Source of the DNA: Phallusia mammillata
Taxonomy: Eukaryota
NCBI GenBank assembly: GCA_965637545.1
Contig: OZ281496.1
Span: 3,348,001-3,412,000 of the forward strand
Direction: 5' to 3'
DNA length: 64,000 bases
How positions within the stretch are numbered: position 1 is the stretch's first letter; every line of letters begins with the position of its first letter. The notes beneath the pieces were generated by a model. That model was not told where the DNA came from. It saw only the letters and a program-made list of their open reading frames with translations, and ran no database searches. This document shows positions 50,201 through 61,754 of the stretch, in pieces. The translations under genes were made by a program, and so were the position numbers.

Positions 50201-53200
50201 CATATGGCTATACGAAGGATTAAAGCCTTATATAACCTAAGTTTTAGGGTTCTGGTCATGTCACTGGAGGTCCAGATAGTGCTCCTTAGACCACCACATG
50301 CCTGTGACGCCATGGATATTCTCTGGAGGACGTCAGAGGCACAGTTCGGGATCAAACATCCGAGGAACTTGAACAATTTAACTTTTGCGAACTTGACGTT
50401 GCACTTGCAAGCCGTGCCAAACAAAATTTGAAGAGACAAGTTTTCGTGTTCACCGTATGGATGGGTGCAATGAAACGTGTATGAAATCAAAAACTTTAAG
50501 TTGCCATGATGTTGGGACAATTGGACGAGGCGACTCAAAAGGAAACGTCACAAATGATGGTAGCTCTAGATCAGGGGTTCTTAACCAGGGGTGCACGCAC
50601 CCCCAAGGGGTGCAAGAACTTTTCCTAGGGGGTGGCGGGAATGCTGAATCATTAAGGTTGGTTAGGTCTTTTTTTATAAACACAAAACCCAGGTGGGTGC
50701 TAAAATTGGTTGGTGATTTGAAAGGGGTGCAGTAAGGAAAAAAGGTTTAAGAACCACTGCTCTAGATTGATCGATCTACATGTCATTTAGTTGAGGGTTA
50801 GTGACTGAAGTACGGTGTGCTTGAACCTCTGAGGCGACCTGAGCAGCTGCCAGTGACAAATAATCAAAATCGAAAAGGAATCAAACTGCATCGATGAAAA
50901 CGCGGGAGAGGGCGTCGGCCACGTGTTTTTGTTTGCCTTCGCACATCTGTGGTAAACTCAGAAATGGCGGTTAAATGACGTTGTTGGTGTGCTGACCACG
51001 GAGCCCACACTTCGGTTAATGCAAAGGTCAACGGCTTGTGATGTGTGTAAGGTCAACCAAAGAACCAACTCTAACTGGTCATCCAAAGAACGCTGTAGGA
51101 TTACCCATAGGTCTCGTATAAATAGGAGACCTGATGCGTGCAGCGCCAGAAATAAAACGATGGTACAAGTTTACGATACCTGCAAATTACTGAAGCCCGT
51201 TAGCAGCAGAGGGGTGCGGAAAAGTTTGAAAAGCTTCGACTTTGTTGGGAAGGGGTCGGGCACGGGTATTGTCAACTCGATGTCCCGTCAAAGTACCTCC
51301 CTGGAAGGTCCTTATGTTTTATGTAATAAGGTCCAAATACCTCCCTGGAGGTCCTCGGTTTGCGACGGCGTTTACAAGTCCAAATGCCTCCCTTGAAGGT
51401 ATAAGTTGCGCCAGCGTAACTACCGCGGAGCAACGGAGAGGAGCAACGGCGCGGCCCGGAGCAACTGAGCAACTCAAACGTTGCAAAGGGAAAAAAGGCG
51501 TTGAATTCTATGCAACAGAAACCAGGGTATTGCTTTGAGCTGTATCATACGCTTCAAAGTTACAAACGGTGACTTTTATGTGCAATATCATTGTTTACTT
51601 TTGTTGACTGAACAATAAACTTCATGTTTTTTGTTTGGTGTATGGTAATTGATTTTAGAATTGATTGGTTTGGTAAAAACTAAGGCTGTCTTAGCATCGG
51701 CTACATAGAAAAAAGCCATATTTGAAATGTCTATAAAAAAATAAATCATTTGAACTTAGGAATAAAACCTTTTAGATCGTGTTTTGTATGTATTAGGGTA
51801 TTTGGAAAAGCATTTGGACCTCTGTGAGATTTTTTTTGGAAAAAGCTTGGACCTCAAAGGGTCAATGGTCGCAGTACTCCGAAAGTGGCTTGCTCGCGAC
51901 GAGCTCCCACCATGACTTAAACCGAATGACATGCTAAGGAATCCAAAAAGGCCGAAAGGAGTAATGACCGCGGTTTTCGCAATATCACCTGGGCCACAGG
52001 TACCTGGTGGTAACCACTAAAAGTCTTGAATGTGAGGAATTGGCAGAACGATCAGGCCGGGTAGCTGCGTTAAGACCGGGTAGATGCGTTAAGATCGGGT
52101 AGCTGTGTAAATCATTGCGGTCGCAAAGCCCATGGACTGGAAGAACGTCTAATAATACCTCGTTGCAGCTCGTTTTATATTCTTTTTTAGCAAAGCCGAG
52201 TTTCCCGGGAGGGCGAAATCGAGCGCGAAAGTGCACGAGTAGGCCATTAGCTGGGAAAAATGCTGAAGTCCATGCTTGGTTTACGACTGTGAAAAATGGG
52301 AAAAAGTAATTCCTTGCAATTTGACCGACAACCGAGCATGAGCTGAAGTGCTCGCGGAAACGGCGTTAAGGTTTGGTTCGATGCTTTATCCAGTGCAACG
52401 CTGGAGAAGGTGTCGGCATTGATGAGACGTCGATGCTTGAGGTCCATGCAAAAAAAATGAGCCCCTGGGCAAGCATAAACTGTCATTGAAGTTTGCCGGA
52501 AGGTAAATGCATAGTTAACAAACGTGACCCGTACGTCCGGATATGGGTGCCATTCGCAGCAACGAAGTTTTTTTAGGATTGTTGCGGCGCTTCAATCCTA
52601 TGGCTGTATTGACGCTTATCTCGGAGTAGCGAGATGTTTATTCGAGGTACATGAAAATAGAATAACACAATGTACTAATACGTCGCAAAGGACGAGAGTG
52701 AAACAAAGAAGGCATTCTGTCCGGTTCGCTGTAGGTATACAAGAACATGATAATCATAGTGAGAGAAGCCGCCACATATGTAGACTTTTTCAGCTCACTA
52801 AAACGAGTCCAAATCGTATTTCTATTTGCTTTTTGCATGCGATAAGTGAATCATGATCAAATAAGGCATTCTCTGCATGAACGAAATGCATAAGCTGTTA
52901 GGGTACGTAAAATAAAATTATACCACACAGCCAAAGTAACCATTGAAATCCAACTATAGTTTCCACTGTATGTTGTCATACTGTTTATTTGTTCGCAACT
53001 ATTTTGCTTCATTGCTCTATGTATACCCGTGTGCAGAAAAACGGCAAAACGTTTGCAAAATAATTAGTTCTTTAACCAAAAACGAGTATTTTGTGTAACT
53101 TTATGCCAGTTAAAGGAGAAACGTTACTAAATCAAAAAAAAATTATCAAATCAACTTACCTTTGTGCAAAAAACTAATCGAACAGACAAACAGAGCCAGT

Positions 53201-53220
53201 TTCAATAGCCCTTGTGACAT
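44267..53220 (-). CDS. CUB-CUB-ZP-TM protein C (586 aa predicted)
   Basis: 13 exons: 53160-53220, 49270-49430, 48552-48702, 48050-48225, 47632-47785, 47311-47359, 46865-47030, 46511-46668, 45987-46158, 45767-45837, 45466-45655, 45109-45217, 44267-44409. Same phases as A and B; open frame; KKRR site; TM helix. Confidence 0.9.
44680..44930 (+). mobile_element. Probable tRNA-derived SINE (different family)
   Basis: Degenerate A/B boxes followed by GTGTTTCCCTGGGCAAGAAACTT, resembling the conserved central domain of V-SINE-like elements, and an A-rich end. Confidence 0.45.
49850..50420 (-). mobile_element. RTE-clade-like LINE 3' RT fragment
   Basis: Minus strand FKFLGCLI...RISMASQACGGLRSTIWTSSDMTRTLKLRLYKALILRIAICGSES*...KMKCLRTILRV. 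Confidence 0.75.
50572..50759. mobile_element. hAT (Charlie-like) MITE
   Basis: TIRs CAGGGGTTCTTAACC...GGTTTAAGAACCACTG; TSD CTCTAGAT, which fits the NTCTAGAN target preference. Confidence 0.92.
50885..52650 (-). mobile_element. Decayed Ty3/gypsy pol (CsRN1-like): protease-RT-RNaseH remnants
   Basis: Minus-strand motifs AANGTHIRTYG, GIIRRSSSPW, YHQVPVAPGDIAKTAVITPFGLF, PLPNKVEAF, HKPLTFAL...QQRHLTAISEFTTD...VADALSR. Frameshifted, with an insert at about 51290-51880. Confidence 0.85.
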
Positions 53221-53334
53221 TTTTATACAAATGAATTAACTGTATTACCATAAATTGTAACTGTAAAAAGACAGTAAGTATATATCACCAAAACTGATTT
53301 CACACCCACAAGAATCTTATCATGTTGCAAAAAT

Positions 53335-53760
53335 CTAACAAAGTTTATGAATCAAGGGTGCCGAAAACTCAGTCTACATCGTTTCAGCAATGCCAGTATC
53401 ATAACGCTGATACCTCTTAGCTAATACGCTTCGTAGGCTTCAGGTTTTCTCATAAACATCAGAACACACTGCTGCTTACATAGAGCTTACCAACGTAAAC
53501 ACTGCAAACGCCGTAACACAATGCAGGTGATTCAAACCGGATCAATACAGGTTCATTGTTTGTTCTGTAACCATGCAGTTCTATCTAAGCGTGTTAGGCT
53601 CTTGTTACGTTATTCACGTGAGTCGTCAGCGTTCTTTGTCGCACTCTGTGGAAGCAAGCTGCAGATAGTGCACACTGTTTTGATCTATTAAGTCCCACCA
53701 TTGCAACTACTGTACCAACTAACAACACTCCAGTTTGATGGGAGTAACAGGCTGAAGCAA
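53335..53760 (-). promoter_or_regulatory. Conserved upstream block of CUB-ZP gene C
   Basis: Reverse complement of CTGTATTGATCCGGTTTGAATCACCTGC at 53523-53550, with extended similarity to the A and B upstream regions. Confidence 0.55.
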
Positions 53761-54381
53761 ATTGTTACTTTAAGGACCCTTGCTATATATATATGTACTA
53801 AATCCCAAACTGGTAGTTAATTAATAAGATTCGCAGAATATATTTTCGGGTTTTAGCAGTTCCTATCATTTGTATGTTTTCTTTAACATATGCTACGTCT
53901 CATTCAATGCTTAATCATATACACAACTTAATATATCTCAATCAATTTCCAAATTTATTTCCAACAAGAAATTAGATTTACAAGTTTTTGTAGAAAGTCT
54001 ACCCAAACCTTAAAGATGCATTTAGTCGCTAATAGATGCCGTGGGGGTTGAAACACGGACAACCAGTGGGGAAACTCCCTTGAAGCCAGCCGCAGACAGT
54101 GCACACTGTTTTAACCTGTAGCGTCCCATCTGTGCAGCTGGCGACAAGACGTAGACCGTATTGGCTCGTGTAGCCATCTAACGGAACTCTAGTTTGTTGG
54201 GATTAAAAGGCTGAAGCAAATCGTTACATTTAAGACTTTGTCTATTTGTACTAAACCAAAACTACAAGTTAAACAATAAGCTCCGCAGATAATATTTTCG
54301 GGTCTACAGCAGTTTGTACCATAGTTAATTTCATTAGGCAAGGCAGCATTTTGCCTAAATTCTACAAAAAACCTTGCATAT

Positions 54382-57300
54382 TGCAGCGAGCTACTAAGCA
54401 ATTTACGCTCGTGGGCTCCGCTCTGTATTTTGTTCACTCTGTGCCTTAAAGGTTATTTGTATTCCTGCGCAGTTTAATTACATTCCTTAGTTCCGCTTAA
54501 ATTCTCTCGTTTTCGTGTTGCTTTCCTCAGTTGTAGTTTTCGCGTTTACTTGACATTTTGTGTTAATTTCTATTTCACATTACAGGACTTATAGTGTCGA
54601 TCTCTGTTGTTTGAAGCTAATAAACATTATTGCGTTAATGTAGTCAATTACTGCAATTTAAACAACAGAAGATATACGATGGACAAGCTGCTTTTACGCC
54701 CAAATGCTGGCAGACACTTTACGCATTGGCTTCGCACTGTTACAGATTACATTGACCATCTCGCTGAAGGCGAAAACACCGTTACTGCCGCTCACAAGAC
54801 TCGAATTATTATAAACTGTCTGTCACCTGATTCTTTTTCTTGTGTAGAAGATGCCGATTCTTTTGAAGATATCGTCGTGGCGCTAAAGCGAATATACGTA
54901 AAAACGAAAAACAACTTATTTGCTAGATATCTACTTGTGAGTCGCATTCAAAATTCCGACGAATCCATATCTGAGTATCTAACTGAAAACTCTTGCCAGA
55001 GATTGCACTTTACTTCTGTGACTGCTGATAAATACAAAGACGACTTAACGCGAGATGCCTTCATTAATGGTCTTTCTTCTTCTTTGATTAGGCAGCGTCT
55101 TTTGAAAATTGAAGATTTAAACCTACTTAAAGCCGCCGAAATCGCTGAAAATCTTGCCAAATCACAACAACAATCTCTCTTGATGGGTAAAAATGCATTA
55201 GTTGCTTCGGCACCCTCGAAAAGCGCCGCCAGCACTCAATTCGCCGGCGGCAGTACTGAAAGCGCCGCTAGTTCATCTGCTCAGTCTCAGTTGTACCACG
55301 ATGCTCCTCTGGCCACTGCTCGACGTACAAATCGACCCTAGGCAAAGTCATGTTATTTCTGTGGTGGTGCAATGCATCGTAGCCGATCTGCTTTTTCGGC
55401 ACTTGAAGCTGTGTGTTATAACTGCGGGAAAAGAGGACATTTCTCTCAGGTTTGTCGAAGCAGCCCCTCTTCTAATCAAAGCAGCTCTCGTTTCCGTCCC
55501 ACCTCAGCTGTGTGTTTTTCTGCACTAAGCTATATTTCAAACGCTTTCAAACTTCACTCTCTCGCTGGGGCTCCTTTAAGTCTGGGACCCGCTCTCGTAG
55601 ACGGCTCGTTGGAGTCTAATCCAGTAAAAGTCTTGATTGATTCTGGTGCCTCCGGTAACTTTATCTGCAAACAGGTAGCTCATTCACTTCACTTCCGGCC
55701 CTCATACGCCCATTAGTATGGCTTCTACTTGTTTATCTATGGCCACCTCTGGCTTTACATCGGCTACAATCTCTTTACTTGGCCGTTCGTGTTCAATGAC
55801 TTTCGGTATTTTAAAAGACCTTTGCGAACGCCCGTATACCCCGTTTGAAGCGTGAGGAAGACTTTATCAATACAAACGGCTTCCATTTGGCGTGACGAAT
55901 GGCGTGACTGCCTTCCAACGCGTCATTGATGATTTTATTCAAGACAATAAGTTGCATAAGGTATACGCGCACCTTGATGACATCACCGTTACCGGTGCTA
56001 CGTTAGAGGAACACGATCTCAACCTTCGTCGTCTTCTTGAAGCTGCTTGCAAAAATAACATCACTATAAATCAATAAAAGTCCAGAATTAGAATAACTAC
56101 TTTGGACATTCTTGGGCATCGCATTTCCTTCAATGAAATTCGACCTGACCCAAATCGTTTGCAGCGTTTATTAGAGTTGTCACCTCCAGCTTCACCAAAG
56201 GAACTAAAAGGAGTACTAGGAATGTTTTCTTACTACGCTAAGTGGATTAAGAATTTTTCACGACGTGCAGCCCCTCTTTTGAATGCAAAAGACTTCCCGC
56301 TAGACGATGATGCCGTTCTATCATTTAACGATTTAAAAGACGAGCTCGACAAAGTCACTCTTGGTGCAATTCTTGACGACTGTCTTCTTGAAGTGGAAAC
56401 AGACGCCTCTGATTTTGCTGTAGCTGCCGTCTTGTCGCAAACGGAACGACCTGTGGCTTTCATGTCTCGTACATTTAACCGTTGCGAACGCAATTACCCC
56501 GCTATTGAAACGGAAGCCTCTGCTATTATTAAAGCTGTAAGAAAGTGGTCGCATTTCTTAAAGGGTCGGCATTTCACTTTAATCACGGACCAAAAATCTG
56601 TCGCTTACATGTTTGAACGAAGAAACCGCGACAAGATTAAAAATGTTAAAATGATATCGTGGAGATTAGAGTTGGGCCAATATTCCTACGATATCCGCCA
56701 CCAACCAGGGACGCTGAATATTGTTCCCGATGCGTTTTCTCGAGTATGTGCGTCTTCAAAGTCTCTTCAAGATCTTTCTGCACTCCATGCATCACTTGGA
56801 CACCCTAGATACGCCCGTATGTATCATTTTGTTAAATCTCACACTTTGCCTTATACTAGTGATGAAACTAAATCGGCTGGCAACAGATGCCGCGTGTGTG
56901 CCTCAAGCCACGATTCTACAAGCCTCAGGCAAGATAACTGATAAAAGCTACCAAACCGGTTAGCTTTGGGAAAGGATCAGTATGGACATCAAAGGCCCAG
57001 TATCTGGTCAAAATCCTTATCTTCTAATCGTTGTATATGAGTACAGTCGGTATCCTTTTGTTTTTCCTTGCATGAGAATGACTTCGTCCACCGTTTTGCC
57101 TCTCAAACCTATATTGCCTTTTTGGTTTTTCTGACTATATTGTGAAACGACAAACCAAACTGTCTGGAAGACGGTAAAACTTCTGCTTTGCAACCGCAAT
57201 TTACCCGATAGCCGTTGGGAGGAAGTGTTATCTGGTGCTCTACATGCCATGCGGACCCTACTGTGTACCGCCACTATCCAAACACCACACGAACGCTTTT

Positions 57301-57981
57301 TTAGTTTAGTTCTGTCTGATACCTCCATGCCCTCATGGCTGCTGAACCGTGGCACTGTACTTCTTCGTAGGTTTGTCTGCTCGAAAGGAGACCCGTTGTG
57401 TGATCCTGTGACCTTGCTGGATGCAAATCCATCTTACGCCCACGTGCGTCATTCCAACGGACGGGAAAGCACAGCCTCAAATTCTGACCTAGCTCCTTGT
57501 CCGAACTCTTCGAGCTCAGCAGAAGATGAGATATCTTCATCTGAAGATGACGTTGCTGTTGAAATAGACAGTCCCGCTCCCCTTGAATCTACTGAATCGG
57601 CTGACTCGCCGCCTAATCTTCGTCGTTCTACCTGTGAACGAAAGTCACCTGCTCGTTATGGCGGGTGGACTGTGTAGTTGTATATTGTGGTGATGTTTTG
57701 TGAACATTATTTTATCGAGGGAGAATGCAGCGAGCTACTGAGCAGTTTACGCTCGTGGGCTCCGCTCTGTATTTTGTTCACTCTGTGCTTTAAGGGTTAT
57801 TTGTATTCCTGCGCAGTTTAATTACATTCCTTAGTTTCGCTTAAAGTCTCTCGTTTTCGTGTTGGTTTCCTTAGTTGTAGTTTTTTTTTTAACTTCTATT
57901 TTACTATACATGACTTATAGTGTCGATCTCTGTTGGTTAAAACTAATAAACATTATTGCGTTTATGTAGTCAATTACTGCA
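54382..57981 (+). mobile_element. Internally deleted Ty3/gypsy LTR retrotransposon (Mag-like)
   Basis: LTRs 54382-54655 and 57726-57981 (TG...CA); PPT-like GAGGGAGAA before the 3' LTR; gag from ATG 54679 with CYNCGKRGHFSQVC knuckle; protease LIDSGASGNF; RT LPFGVTNG...HLDD; RNaseH ETDASDFA; integrase remnants. Contains stops and large deletions; no clean TSD. Confidence 0.93.
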
Positions 57982-59994
57982 AGCAGTAAAACATTAAAAC
58001 AAGATTTTACTGTTTCAAACTGTCAATGCTGTCTAAACCAACCTCAAACACAAACAGAACAAGCGGGGCTCCCTTGATTCATTGCCCGGAGTTTTCGCTA
58101 TTTATTTTAGCGTGTTTGTTTTAGCAATCAATTTTATATCGTATTGTATTTCGGTTTCAGGAACTGATGATGCCACATAGGCGAAATATATATTCCTTCA
58201 TCTAAAACCGACTGATTTTGTTTAACAAAGGATTTTACAGTCTATTGGTTTTAGTGTATTAAAGTTAAAAAAGCAAACAGTGAGCGTCAGTTTAAGACAT
58301 GCTGTTGATGGTTTTGATCTATTACCAAAGTTGCCATTTTGATCATTAAACAGTCGGTTGAATGCAAATCCTTTTGAAGTTTGGGTTGATGTTTTTTTAT
58401 GAATTAAAAATAAAATCTAAAAAAAGAATTGAAAACCTTTTTACCTTCGAGTAATTCGCACAAAAATCATGTGTGAGGGGACCCATTTGTTTTTCCTTCA
58501 AATCACGTTTGTAGATCAAATGGTGTGTAGACTAAATTGTTAAACAGGGTACAAACTATATCAAATTGAAATAGGAAACACACCTTTCTAGTTTTTTAAC
58601 GTTTGTCGATACAGTAGTAACAGTACAAGCCTAAAACGTTGCACCCAGGTATGCCCATAAGTTCAACGTTATAATGTTATGACTGTAACAGAAAAAAATT
58701 AGTGATGATAAGATTGAGGTATGCTTCTTAAACATTTAATATGGAGCAATTTATATTACAAACTTTCATATGTGTTGTTGTTTGGATTAAATATTACATA
58801 GAGTTGGATTATTTGATGTTAAGATTTATTTCATTTATTTTCAAACAAGATGATTCTAGATATTGTTTAAGGCCTAACTAGATTGTTGTATTCAAACCGA
58901 AGTGGCAGCCCTTTATGTGAAACTGGCATCTTTTTCGGTCGACGTGACTGAGAAAATGATAGCATTTCTTTGTGATTTTTCATCAATTAATGGTAAAATG
59001 AATTTGTTTACCGGCAATAGCTCGTTCACATCAGACTTATTTCACAAAGTGGGTGACTTTCTTGGCTTCGCCATAGTTACAACCCGACTGCTAACCAGTC
59101 TCTGTCAACCGAGTTCGCTGAACACACCAACGAACACACTGTAACGTAATTTGTGCTGATTTTCGGAATTTCTACAAATGTCATGTTTGGCTGTTGTTTA
59201 CTAGCAATGAGCTGCTGGAATTTGAATGACGAACACCCTAAATAAAGTTTATCCACTAACGGCTTCGTTACTGATTGCAGTAACTGTCTTTTGTTCCAAT
59301 GGTAACTCATTGTGTACGAAGTTGTTTGTGTTTACTCAGACCGCATTGGTCCTCCTAAAGCGCAGTCGTTGGAAAGTTGTTAAGCTGTTGGTCGTTAATT
59401 TGGACAATAGCTTCTGAGTACGTTATTGCCCAATCGTTCTGCATTGGTAAAAATACATTTGAAAAAACTGACGTTATGCTTAGATCTATGTATTTTAGTA
59501 AGTTGTGTCGAGCATTCTTTCTAATTCTACTTCATTTGACATCTGTCGCACTGCATTGATTGAACTGATGTGCGTGTATTGAGTAGAACGGGAACAAACA
59601 ACCAAACTTCTGGAGCGTTTAATAATCCTGACCACACAAGGTTGTAAGGCATCAATCCTACAACGCAAAATCAGTCAGGCGGAAAGTCGGCAAAAAATCT
59701 AATTCTAGTTGATATATTTATATATTCGCTATTGCTCCATTTAATCTTAGTGTAACATGTGGATTCTACCAAATCTTACTTGCTACAATTGGCTATTCAA
59801 CAACATTATCGAGCCCACAAATGCTCTATATGAGTCAAACAGCAAAAAAAATTGTTTCAAAAATTTTAATCAATTGCGAAGTAAACAGGTTTTTGTAAAG
59901 TTTAGATTGTGTGATATTTCCCATTAAATATTATTTATCATTTATTTTGGTTTGAACATTAGGTTGAAAAAGATCTGGAAAATGAATTCAGCAA

Positions 59995-60110
59995 TTAAAG
60001 AAATTTCAAAAGTCTCTGTTGTTGACCAGACCGTTGGCCTGACTGTTGGCCAGACTGTTGTTCGGCAGGATTAGGGGCAGGGTTAAACCCTTTTTTACAT
60101 ATGCATATAG
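59995..60110 (-). pseudogene. Decayed paralogue of the gene 4 terminal exon
   Basis: Encodes FNPAPNPAEQQSGQQSGQRSGQQQRLLKFL*. Flank 59870-60010 matches 61655-61780. The acceptor CTAG reads CTAT and there is a 1-nt deletion relative to gene 4. Confidence 0.6.
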
Positions 60111-60379
60111 AAACCATTAATGTCTTCAGGATAGCAAAGAAGCAAAATTTACTGCATTTTAATTACCATTCGCTTAGTCGACGTTTAATGACAAGTCAAC
60201 AGTATGGCGACATGTAGCAGACCAACGTCTAATGATTAACCATGGGTTTTATTTGCTTAATTGGGATTAACAGTGCACTCACATTTATATCTGAACTAAT
60301 CAAGCCTTAGATATAAAACCAAATACCTAAACCTTTTTGCAACACATGCCAATGACCATACAAAAACACGGTATATCTA

Positions 60380-60455
60380 GGGTGCGGGGGGGATACGAAC
60401 CCACGACTGAAACTTTTCGGGACTCCAGCTTTTCTACATGAGCTACACTAGCTCA
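60380..60455 (-). mobile_element. tRNA-like SINE head
   Basis: Reverse complement has TAGCTCATGTAG and GGTTCGTATCCC boxes but no pairing acceptor stem. Confidence 0.5.
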
Positions 60456-60805
60456 CTCAGTGGTTCGCCCGTCTTCGATCGAATCACAACCATTGCCTGC
60501 CTAGTATGCTGTATATTTCAGAAGTTTGTACTAACTTGCTACTGAGCGTGTGCAGTCCCGTAGCTGCAATGACCTTCCAAATCTGACGTCATCACATGCT
60601 CTCGCATTTACCCAGGTGCTTTTGCATTTGGAAACACTATGAAGAGACCTATTGTGACAAAGTTCAAGCCATGATGACAACTGCCAGGGTGGTCTTCAAC
60701 ACAAAGGGTCCTCAATACACTACCTGTCAATTTTGCTTCACATTTGTATGAATTTATTACGCAACACATCGAGAAGCAATGTCTTATATTTTGGTGTAAT
60801 ATGAT

Positions 60806-61100
60806 AAACCGCGGCACTGTATTTCTTCGTAGGTTCGTATGCTCAAAAGAAGAGCCGTTGTGGGATCCTGTGACTTTGCTGCATGCAAATCCATCTTACG
60901 CCTATGTGCGGCATTCCAACGGACTGGGAAGCACAGTCTCAACTTCTGACCAAGCTCGTTCAATCTACTGAATCGGCTGACATGTCACTTAAAGCACGTT
61001 ATGGCGAGTGGACTGTGTAGATTTATATTTTTGGTACTTTTTGTTGACAATTTTACACAGAGAGAGAGTGCAGCAAGCCATTGAGCAATTTGCACTCGTG
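60806..61100 (+). mobile_element. 3' fragment of the same Mag-like LTR family (integrase tail, PPT, LTR start)
   Basis: Matches 57345-57760 (NRGTVFLRRFVCSK...ANPSYA; GAGAGAGAG then TGCAGCAAG). Confidence 0.85.
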
Positions 61101-61754
61101 TCAAAGTACGCTCAATCAGGGCAAGAGTGTAACCTTCATTCGAAATGCAAAGCAAACATCACCTTTTATTTACATTTCTTTAACTTTTTAGGAAACCTTA
61201 GTGCAAACATTGAATTGCATTCGACACTTCGAAGGCAAATTTTAAGATCAGGTAACAACGCGTTCTTTCCTGTTTGCTATTTCATTTATGTCACCATATC
61301 TTGTCGTGGATTGTGAGATTACCATTGTTGCGTAAACAAAAAGTGTGTTTGTAACAAACTTTGATCGGTTCCGAAACTGTTAATGCGAGGAATCTAAAAT
61401 AACCTAAAATAAAAAGTCGGTGTGGATCAGTTGTTTCCTGCTTGCGTTCAATTGCAGAAAACAAAATTACAATGGAAAGGACCTGCACAATTTCAAACGC
61501 AATACAAGGATACTGTGCCAAGTTGGCTCGTAAACCATGAAAGGTTTTGGAAAAACGTTGGTGTTAGCCAAAAAACAACCCAAAATTCTCAGACTGATAA
61601 ACCAATAGAACTTACAGGTACCGAAATATTGATGAACTCGCTATTTTATTTGATTGCGAAGTAAACAAATCTTTTATGCATTTCGGATTGGTTGATATTT
61701 TCGATTAAATATTATTTATCGCTCATTATAAGTTAAACATTAAGGATTTAGCAA

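Noticed and set aside
52638-52838. ORF resembling a type II membrane protein N-terminus
   Set aside because: Directly adjoins and partly overlaps the gypsy protease remnant on the same strand; most likely element-derived.
17732-53220. Identity with known ascidian self-sterility genes (s-/v-Themis, HrVC70) or assignment of the symbol CUZD1
   Set aside because: No fibrinogen, PKD/REJ or EGF repeats are seen; shared domain architecture alone does not show orthology.
54377-57986. Target-site duplication for the LTR element
   Set aside because: Flanks CATAT and AGCAG do not match, so no TSD is claimed.
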